From Octopus sinensis (taxonomy: Eukaryota): a stretch of 64,000 bases of DNA. The notes beneath the pieces are model-generated. The model was given only the letters and a program-made list of their open reading frames with translations. It did no database searches and was not told the origin of the DNA. This document shows positions 54,417 to 64,000 of this stretch, in pieces. Each line of letters opens with the position of its first letter. Positions within the stretch are counted from its first letter, which is position 1. The stretch covers positions 56,792,001 to 56,856,000 of the forward strand of contig NC_042998.1 of assembly GCF_006345805.1 (NCBI RefSeq), in the 5' to 3' direction. The position numbers and the translations under genes were made by a program.

Positions 54417-54859
54417 GGCCGCTGGTGGCAAAAAAATTCTACAAAATTTTTTTTGCCACCCTATATTGATTAATTATGAATTTTATGGTTAATTCCGTAA
54501 TGGAATCGACGGCTTATATTTATTTGCTGCCGATAATTTGGCGCGAGTGCGATGATTTGAAAATTTTAGGTCAGATATTACCTTGGCAGGGTCGGAAATG
54601 CCTCGTGAAAATATCTGTTCCGACTTGTGGCTATTTCTTACTGAAGAATCTGAGGGCCTATGGAAGATTGGCCTGATTTAATTTAATCAGGTTAGTTTAC
54701 CATTAAACAGCAGATGAAACGGTGCATCGTATAAGAAATTACAGGGTAAATGTTTTTTTAAATTTTCTCCTGTTTACGGAATTGATTTTTATTTGCGGTT
54801 GAAGCTTTGGCTGTTATTTCTAGTGGGTGAATGGCCTATTATGGCCGTTCCTTGATTGT

Positions 54860-54862
<3 letters not shown>
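54416..54862 (+). mobile_element. monomer of the same HHR-bearing repeat family
   Basis: Colinear with 36133-36555 from AGGCCGCTGG to TTGTT(G)ATAT, diverged, inserted in (TA)n. Confidence 0.75.
54633..54739 (+). ncRNA. type I hammerhead ribozyme with extended stem II
   Basis: ATTTCTTA-CTGAAGA(54641)-ATCTG...hairpin...CAGAT-GAAAC(54716)-ggtgcatc-GTA-TAAGAAAT. Perfect 8-bp stem I; compensatory changes relative to the 36.3-kb copy. Confidence 0.82.
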
Positions 54863-54936
<74 letters not shown>

Positions 54937-54946
54937 TATATATATA

Positions 54947-54982
<36 letters not shown>

Positions 54983-55032
54983 TATATAATATATATATAT
55001 ATATACATATACAGACACACACACACATATAT

Positions 55033-55067
<35 letters not shown>

Positions 55068-55102
55068 GAGAGAGAGAGAGAGAGAGTGAGAGAAAGAGAA
55101 AG

Positions 55103-55139
<37 letters not shown>

Positions 55140-55326
55140 TCAAATGATTTAAGGATGATTGTTTTTGGGCTAACGAATAAGGAATTAATGGGAATTTGCA
55201 TTGCAGAAGGCAGAAGCTTCTCTTAATTTAAATTTTAGATTGCTTCATTATTGATGGTTATGCTGCTGATTTTTTCGTTGCCGTTATTGTTGCTATTATT
55301 ATTTATTATTATTATTGTTGTTATTA

Positions 55327-55391
<65 letters not shown>

Positions 55392-55436
55392 TATTATTCA
55401 ACTAGCAATAACCACGCCTCGGATTTACCTCATTGG

Positions 55437-55481
<45 letters not shown>

Positions 55482-56282
55482 TACAAACCACTATATTAAT
55501 GTTAGAAATTATTATGCTTATTATTTTCACGAGTATTCTGTGTCTATTTAATCTTTATAAACAAACGCTAGTACTCGGCAAAAAAACCTGGTCTTCCTTC
55601 GGGCGAAAACTTTCACATCATTGCAGTTTATTCAGTGATGCAAATTACAGTGTTAATTTTTACTTCTTCATTAAAACCACAAGAATGTTATTTTATATAT
55701 TTATATACTTTTCGAAGACGCCATTTTTAACCTTTTCATTCAATTTTTCTGTTATTTGAAACAGAATAGCTATTCTATTTTTCAAAATTTGTTTGATATA
55801 GTTTTAATAAATTTCAATATTTCTGCTTTTTTTTACTGTTTCTAAAATATTGCCTGTTGAGTCTTTGCATGATTTTAATTTCTTTCTTGCCAACGAAAAG
55901 AATAAAACAAATTTGTTGAAAATAAGATCCTTAGAGTATGAAATAATGTTAAATTGTATTGAATTCTTTTGACGTAATCAAAAATTCTTTTTCTCTTAAT
56001 AAAGAAGGACGGATGTTATCGATTGACTCAACCTGATTGTATTACTGGCTCTTATTTTATCGATCCGCAGTGATAAAATGTAAAGCTGACACAAATGGAG
56101 TTGAACTTAATACATAGAGAAAATTAAATATGCTAAGATGTTTATTGTTTCTATAATCATGTTATATTTGTAATCTATCGATATCGATTTTCAGCATTTG
56201 TCACAAGCCTGCAAATGTATGCAGAAGAGAAGCCGTCGAATAAATTGAACTCAATTCTTAACTTATGCTTATCTTTTATCTT

Positions 56283-56728
56283 TTTACTTGTTTCAGTCAT
56301 TTGATTGCTGCCAAGCTGGAGCAACGGCTTGAAAAGTTTAGTCGAATAAATCGACCCAGTACTAATTTTCCTTTTAGTCTAGTACAGATTTTTTCTTCTC
56401 TTTTGTCGAACCACTAAACCATGGGGACGTAAACCAACATCGGTTGTCATGCGATGATGGGGAAAAACTCAAGTACACATACACGCGCACACACATGCGC
56501 GCGCGCGCGCACACACACACACACTATATCTCTCTCACTCCACCACACTCTCACACACATACATATAGATAACGAGCTTCCAAACATACCCTATCAACCA
56601 GACTCACTCACAAGACACTGATCGGTGTGGGCCTTTAGTAGAAGACGCTTACCCAATAAGTAGAATTGAACCCGAAACCACGTGGTTTCGAAGCAATCTT
56701 CTTAACCACACAACCATGCCTGCGCCTA
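56283..56728 (-). mobile_element. SINE family A, diverged
   Basis: Degenerate head and tail motifs. Confidence 0.65.
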
Positions 56729-58009
56729 CATACATTTTGCTCAACATGGAAGGATGATAATCACTAACAAACCTGTTCCAGGTGTAAATTATTTAATTAC
56801 CCTTCTGAAAGAAGGTAGTGCTTATAATGAGACTTTACAAGCACTCTAAGACAGGTATGTGTGTGTATGTGTGTGTGTGTGTGCGTGTATGGATGGGAGA
56901 GAGGAAGATGTCTTCAAACCAAAGGCTTGACCAAAATGTGTACCACAGAATGGGCTCTGCTAAAGGCACCGACGATATGTAATGTACTCAGGTGATGGTG
57001 CTAACTCAGAACGCGAAGAAAAGGAACAAATACCACAAGGTATCTAGTTCTTACTGTTCTGCTAACCAATCCTTCATTCTGAATTGATACTTGGCAAGAT
57101 TTGAATTCAGAGCGTAGACAGTCAGAACAAACACCACATGGTACTCAATCCGTCGCTCCAACGACTCCGTTATTTCGCTGTCTTAATGCACATTTGAACC
57201 TACAACGTAACCCTATTCATAGCTAAATATCATAAGGCATTTTCCCGGCGCGCTACCGTTTTGGCATCTGCCTTAAAAAAGAACAAAACAAAAAAATTTT
57301 CTTTCAGAGGATAAGAGAAGAGATATGTCTCAACGTTAATGCCTTTCACGAGGGCAATTTTTGATGTACAGGAAACTGTTCCTGTTGGTAATCGAAACCA
57401 GATCATGTCCTTAGCTGACCAGCTACTAATCTCCTTCATCTTTACTCTGCAAGCGGTAAGCAACCGGAAATTGAATTCAAAAGGTAGACTTGGCTCAGCA
57501 GGAGTATATCCTTTTCCATTTGATCGACCGCGCTTGATACTAGCTCGGTTAATTGAAAGAGCATTTTTATTTCTTAGCACCAAATTTGTGTATTTTACAC
57601 AAGAAACAATTGAACGTTACGCTGATCAGCTTTCTCACGAAATTATCACCCAATGAGTGACATGTAATATTTCCAATCAAATTAAAACCAGGATATGCAT
57701 ACATCTACCAAATATTTATCAATTAACTCTATGATTTCTCACTCACAACTAAGAGTGTGAGTAAACATATTGACCTCCTCAATTCAGTACAAATCAACAT
57801 CTTGGAAGTAACTGAATTCATCATCAGCATATCATTTATACGTAACTCTATTGACACCTGAGAAGGATGAGAAGAAAAATTATTTAGGTAGGTTTTGAAT
57901 TCGGATGATAGAGAAAAGGAATTAAACACTGAATCGTATTTATATCGGTTCTCTGCAAGTTGTGTCAAATAGTTGATCGAAACCCTATGGCTATCCAATA
58001 GACAATTGG

Positions 58010-58480
58010 ACATTACTGTCCTGAGTCCTAGGACTCATATAGCCATTTATCCGGCTCCCATGCCGTCCCCAAAGTCCATGCGTCCCCAGAGTCCATCCCC
58101 TCCTCACCGTGGTGGGGACGCTGGCAATAAGTAGTGTCAGAGCTATGCCGTCGGGAACTTCGGTTCCTGGTAAGGCCACCCAAGGCGGATTGGTCTGATT
58201 CCGCGTGGTATTAGGGCCTCAACCCGGCAGACGGGGCTCTGGTGAAAATTCTTGTAGTGTCTGTTTCGGCAATCGGCGGCTCCTCGGTCGTTCTGCCCCT
58301 GCGTCTCTACATGCGGGATTGTTAGGGACCGCTTGTCAAATCCACATATTCCCACGAAACTTCTTCCATGAATTCTCAATGATGAATACAATGCCTCGAG
58401 GGTGGTGGAAGAAGCCGACTCAACCCGCCAGGGTGAATGTCGCCACAAGTACAAGTAGGTACATGCCGTATAAGTAACAT
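58010..58480 (+). mobile_element. GC-rich probable LINE 5' UTR / ORF start fragment
   Basis: GC-rich island ending in PTQPARVNVAT, reminiscent of the start of an APE domain. Weak. Confidence 0.3.
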
Positions 58481-58673
58481 AGATCCCTAGATCGTAACAT
58501 CTCCTCTCCCCACCGAACGGAACGCCAGGGTCACAGGGTCACTCATTTAAGGCAGAGTGGACCGAAGTAACATTAAATAGTAGGTTGAATCGACCTCAGT
58601 ATAAAAGTTACTTCTTTTATTTATTAAACTAAGAAGGATAAAAGTAAAAAAACAATCAAAGCGGCATTTGAAT

Positions 58674-58705
<32 letters not shown>

Positions 58706-58831
58706 GCACACACGTTCATTTGTAGTGTGTATACAAAAATATTTACATGTTACAACATTTATCAAAAATTACACGTTCGTTTATGCCAGTATGTTTTATT
58801 TGTTAAACGTTCAATAAAATGAATTATTTAC

Positions 58832-58987
58832 CGTTTGGAGATTCGCATGTATGATCATTTTCAGGGCCTGTTCCTGTAGATGGAGTTGCACCTTTACTCC
58901 GCGACCAATCAAAGAAATCTGTACCATTATCTTGCTCAAAGCCACATATAGACTCATCCTCAAATCCACAGAACGTCTGAGTTTTTG
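58832..58987 (-). CDS. MAM-domain protein, exon encoding MAM N-terminal part (first exon visible; gene continues 5' of it)
   Basis: Acceptor tcttttttcag, donor G|gtaaat, phase 1-1, 156 nt. Translates KTQTFCGFEDESICGFEQDNGTDFFDWSRSKGATPSTGTGPENDHTCESPN(G), matching the MAM C-x-FE...C...DW...TGP..DHT pattern. Confidence 0.93.
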
Positions 58988-59282
58988 CTGAAAAAAGACA
59001 ATACGAGAAAAATGATTACTTTTTGACGTTATCACAAACAAGAGTAAACTTTTGTAAAAGAAATATTGGACTTTTAAATTGTCCTTCAAATGACATCGAA
59101 AACAGAATCGATAAAAACGAGGAGAGGACATTTGATAATATGGTCCAAATTAAAAGTATTTCGGAAGCAAAATCTGATGTGGTACGCAAGAAAATCAACC
59201 CATGGCTTAGCAATACGCCCATTTTCTTGAGAATATTATTTATACTAATGTCATTGACACGGAGGGGTAAAGCGTGAAATAT

Positions 59283-59706
59283 TATATATATTTCTTTATT
59301 GCCCACAAGGGGCTAAACATAGAGGGGACAAAGAAGGACAGACAAACGGATTAAGTCGATTACATCGACCCCAGTGCGTAACTGGTACTTATTTAATCGA
59401 CCTTGAAAGGATGAAAGACAAAGTCGACCTCGGCGGAATTTGAACTCAGAACGTAACGGCAGACGAAATACTTATTTCTTTACTACCTACAAGGGGCTAA
59501 ACACAGAGAGGACAAACAAGGACAGACAAAGGGATTAAATCGATTATATCGACCCCTGTGCGTAACTGGTACTTATTTAATCGACCCTGAAAGGATGAAA
59601 GGCAAAGTCGACTTCGGCGGAATTTAAACTCAGAACGTAACGGCAGTCGAAATACCGTTAAGCATTTCGCCCGGCGTGCTAACGTTTCTGCCAGCTCGCC
59701 GCCTTA
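59283..59706 (-). mobile_element. SINE family B with partial tandem duplication
   Basis: A block of about 190 bp is repeated; one copy has the full head. Confidence 0.85.
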
Positions 59707-60380
59707 AAGCGCGAAATATTATATAGCAACATTTAAAAAGGAAGTTTGTAACCTAATTGCAAAGATGAAAGATACAAATTCCTACTATTTTTTTTAGTCC
59801 ATTCTTTTACTATTCTCTTCCCTCTGTAACACTCCGAGCACACACTCTCTGTCTGTCACGCTTTCAGACACACTTACATACGTATAGACACACTCTCTCC
59901 ACACACACACACACACTTGAATCATGTGTCTGCTCAATCAAAGATGGCTTGGAGCTAGATAACTGAATATAGAGCCCTAGATTGCCGCAAAAGTAAAGCA
60001 TTGATTTACAACATATTTCTGTTTTTTTTTTTTAATCTTAAATAAAGCCCAGAGTTAGTTTACAAGCCAACATAGAATGTATGTTGATTGAGTGAGATCT
60101 GACTTAATGTAGAACAGTATTTGATTAAATTTTTTGAGAACTTTTATGTGCTTATAAGATGAATGATTAAATAATTATTGACCGAAACCCTCCTCTGAGT
60201 TTACAATTCATTAATGTATTGACGCGATTCGAAATTAATATTACGTGAAGGCCATTTTGTTGGTAAATATTCAGCGGTAAATATTTATCAGTGATAGTTC
60301 ATTAGATTCTATGGCCTGCAGTATTTCCGTTATTCTTCGTCCAGTGTTCATTTCCCTGACTTGCTTGATTTTATTTGAAG

Positions 60381-60757
60381 CGGAGTTGCAATGCTCCAGT
60401 GGTTAGGGCAGCGGACTCGTGGTCGTAGGTTCGCTGTTTCGATTCCCAGACCGGACGTTGTGAGTGTTTATTGAGCGAAAACACCTAAAGCTTCATGAGG
60501 CTCCGGCAGGGGTTGGTGGCGAACCCTGCTGTACTCTTTCACCACAACTTTCTCTCACTCTTTCTTCCTGTTTCTGTTGTACCTGTATTTCAAAGGGCCA
60601 GCCTTGTCACATTCTTTGTCACTCTGAATCTCCCTGAGAACTACGTTAAAGGTACACGTGTCTGTAGAGTGCTCAGCCACTTGCACGCTAATTTCACGAG
60701 CAAGCTGCTTAGCTGATCGGATCAACTGGAACCCTCGTCGTCGTAACCGACGGAGTG
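60381..60757 (+). mobile_element. SINE family C (inside tandem duplication, copy 1)
   Basis: Homologous to 34887-35271. Confidence 0.85.
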
Positions 60758-61386
60758 TCACGATAATCAAACAGCTCTATATTTTTACTGATACCTTTGA
60801 ACTCCTGTAAACACAAATACATAACACACTTACGCACATATGCACGTTTCCCTCTGTTACTGTTTACACATGAATATATGCACACACACACACACACACA
60901 CACACACAACACACACACACACTTGAATCATGTGTCTGCTCAATCAAAGATGGCTTGGAGCTAGATAACTGAATATAGAGCCCTAGATTGCCGCAAAAGT
61001 AAAGCATTGATTTACAACATATTTCTGTTTTTTTTTTTTAATCTTAAATAAAGCCCAGAGTTAGTTTACAAGCCAACATAGAATGTATGTTGATTGAGTG
61101 AGATCTGACTTAATGTAGAACAGTATTTGATTAAATTTTTTGAGAACTTTTATGTGCTTATAAGATGAATGATTAAATAATTATTGACCGAAACCCTCCT
61201 CTGAGTTTACAATTCATTAATGTATTGACGCGATTCGAAATTAATATTACGTGAAGGCCATTTTGTTGGTAAATATTCAGCGGTAAATATTTATCAGTGA
61301 TAGTTCATTAGATTCTATGACCTGCAGTATTTCCGTTATTCTTCGTCCAGTGTTCATTTCCCTGACTTGCTTGATTTTATTTGAAG

Positions 61387-61763
61387 CGGAGTTGCAATGC
61401 TCCAGTGGTTAGGGCAGCGGACTCGTGGTCGTAGGTTCGCTGTTTCGATTCCCAGACCGGACGTTGTGAGTGTTTATTGAGCGAAAACACCTAAAGCTTC
61501 ATGAGGCTCCGGCAGGGGTTGGTGGCGAACCCTGCTGTACTCTTTCACCACAACTTTCTCTCACTCTTTCTTCCTGTTTCTGTTGTACCTGTATTTCAAA
61601 GGGCCAGCCTTGTCACATTATTTGTCACTCTGAATCTCCCTGAGAACTACGTTAAAGGTACACGTGTCTGTAGAGTGCTCAGCCACTTGCACGCTAATTT
61701 CACGAGCAAGCTGCTTAGCTGATCGGATCAACTGGAACCCTCGTCGTCGTAACCGACGGAGTG
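61387..61763 (+). mobile_element. SINE family C (inside tandem duplication, copy 2)
   Basis: Near-identical to 60381-60757. Confidence 0.85.
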
Positions 61764-61898
61764 TCACGATAATCAAACAGCTCTATATTTTTACTGATAC
61801 CTTTGAACTCCTGTAAACACAAATACATAACACACTTACGCACATATGCACGTTTCCCTCTGTTACTGTTTACACATGAATATATGCACACACACACA

Positions 61899-61944
<46 letters not shown>

Positions 61945-62177
61945 GTACATACATGCATAGGATCTTGACACGCAATGAATATGGGAACGATATTGTTGAC
62001 AGTTAAATGTTAGATGAGACGGACTAATAAAACCACTCCAGGAATGATGGATTCTAGTTCCTGGTACAATATCTGACAAAGAGACTGGTGTATAACATGA
62101 TGATCGCCCACTTTCTAATCCTACAAACACATATTGTACCTGTTGACTCCGAATCGCGAATGCGGTTCTTTGCTTAT

Positions 62178-62533
62178 TTCATACAGTATATATTTCTTTA
62201 TTGCTCACAAGGGGCTAAACATAGAGGGGACAAACACGGATAGACAAAGGGATTAAGTCGATTACATCGACCCCAGTGTGTAACTGGTACTTTATTTATC
62301 GACCCCGAAAGGATGAAAGGCAAAGTCGACCTCGGAGGAATTTGAGCTCACAACGTAACGACAGACGAAATACGGCTACGCATTTCGCCCGGCCTGCTAA
62401 CGTTTCTACCAGCTCGCCGCCTTTCTACCAGCTCGCCGCCTTTCTACCAGCTCGCCGCCTTTCTACCAGCTCGCCGCCTTTCTACCAGTTCGCCGCCTTT
62501 CTACCAGCTCGCCGCCTTGTCTACCAGCTCGCC
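62178..62533 (-). mobile_element. SINE family B with about 7 x 19-nt head array
   Basis: TTTCTACCAGCTCGCCGCC repeated across 62403-62533. Confidence 0.85.
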
Positions 62534-62988
62534 AGTATAATCAAAACGATGCACAGAAACATCTTAACACTATAGAGAGACAAAGGACCAAGTGTTTGTT
62601 GACGTTTGTTGTTACAGTGATGGAGCTATTACACGCGACTGCAACGTTTAAGTACCATCACTTCCTCACATTTCTCCATCATGAAGGAAGTCTGTCGGAG
62701 GAATTAGCTGCAATTTTCCGGTGGCCCACACGGCTGCGTCTTCTGTTGCCCTTGCTCTTTAAGAAGAGCTATTAGTGTTTAAGAAATGGTTGCACGCGGA
62801 AACGCTTTCATAGCCACACGCTCACACACACATGTGCACGCACAAATGCACACACATACATATGTAATATATAAAATATACACGTTTATAAATATATATA
62901 TATATATTTAAGCATGCGCGCGCGCACGCACAGCATACGCTTCCTGAATTTCACTCCCAAGACTTTAGTTAACGGGAAGCTAGGAAGA

Positions 62989-63238
62989 AGGCGGCGAGCT
63001 GGCAAAGGCGGCGAGCTGGCAGAATCGCTAGCACGCCGGGCGAAATGCTTAGCAGTATTTCGTCTGCCGTTACGTTCTGAGTTCAAATTCCGCCGAGGTC
63101 GACTTTGCCTTTCATCCTTTCGGAGTCGATTAAATAAGTACCAGTTACGCACTGGGGTCGATGTAATCGACTTAATCCGTTTGTCTGTCCTTGTTTGTTC
63201 CCTCTAAGTTTAGCCCCTTGTGGGTAATAAAGAAATAA
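62989..63238 (+). mobile_element. SINE family B, full length, duplicated 5' end
   Basis: AAGGCGGCGAGCTGGCA occurs twice, then the complete body. Confidence 0.85.
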
Positions 63239-64000
63239 GGGAAGCTAGGAAAGAAGACACTTACCCAAAATGCTACTCAGCGGAAATGCGGAATCGAAAG
63301 TCAGGATAAGCTTTTGAGAGCCGAGCTTTTTAAGCTAGCGAATATATTTGTGTTATATATGGTTAACTAGTTGACTAATAAAGATAAGAGAAGTGAAATA
63401 GAAGCAGTGTGTGTGTGTATATTACTGGTATAATGAATCTGCTTAGAATTAATAAAGTATGTTTCAACACGAGTTCTTATCCAGAGCCTTACAAACTAAA
63501 TACAAAAACGTGACCTTTATATCAAATGTGCGCACTGCTAGATACTCCGTATATATGTACACACACATACACACACACACACACACACCTACACAAACAC
63601 ACACACGCACACACACACACACACACTCACACACGCATGCACATTCACAAACACGCACATACACACACATACATACAAAACCTCCAGTTGAAATTACTGA
63701 CAAGCACCACAAACGCAACTTTATTTGCATATGCGTGTATACAATACGATAAAGTTGCATGCATACATAATCCCGCATGCACCTGACCATTCTCGGAGAT
63801 TAAAAACAAAATCGACTAATCAACTAAATTTTGATTACAAATGCGCCCGCACGCACATGCATGTGCATACAAATGCAATTTAGATTACTCAAGCACACGT
63901 TTGAAAGGACACCTCTGCCGTACACTCGGCATACATTCAGAGACACCCCGAAGCACGAACACTCAAACACGCATACACCCAACCATGCATGTACCTAAAG

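Larger units (their letters stand above)
59917..61900 (+). repeat. near-identical 1006-bp tandem duplication
   Basis: TTGAATCATGTG at 59917 and 60923; only a few substitutions seen; junctions lie in (CA)n. Confidence 0.92.

Noticed and set aside
57230-57960. Possible decayed Penelope RT on the minus strand
   Set aside because: Only vague motif resemblance (NSFSLSSEFK); the catalytic motifs could not be read.
61870-62130. 86-aa minus-strand ORF as a candidate upstream exon of the MAM gene
   Set aside because: No recognisable domain, no phase-1 donor found, and it runs into a microsatellite.

Overview
AT-rich, microsatellite-dense animal genomic DNA, most likely from an octopus (inferred from the SINE families and repeat landscape). 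The only supportable host gene is on the minus strand. Four exons (58832-58987, 52071-52222, 45780-45893, 18475-18708) splice in frame into a complete C-terminal MAM domain followed by a strongly basic, non-hydrophobic tail. No 5' exons were found in the window. Most long ORFs in the track are microsatellite artefacts. The rest is tRNA-derived SINEs, LINE fossils (RTE, CR1/L2-like, R4/Dong-like, a putative ORF1), a TIR element, a Helitron-like element, a 1-kb tandem duplication and Penelope-like (PLE) remnants. The main unexpected signal is about ten type I hammerhead ribozyme (HHR) motifs, folded by eye. They occur at both ends of a 4.8-kb PLE-derived palindrome, in a 468-bp tandem retrozyme-like unit, in a PLE 3' UTR whose stem II encloses a microsatellite (170 nt), and behind a tRNA-type Pol III head. 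Several share A-U or U.U at 10.1-11.1, a palindromic stem III and a very long stem II, and two homologues show compensatory base changes. HHRs in PLEs are established; these structural variants and the SINE-HHR chimera are the parts most likely to be new. No activity or database check was possible.
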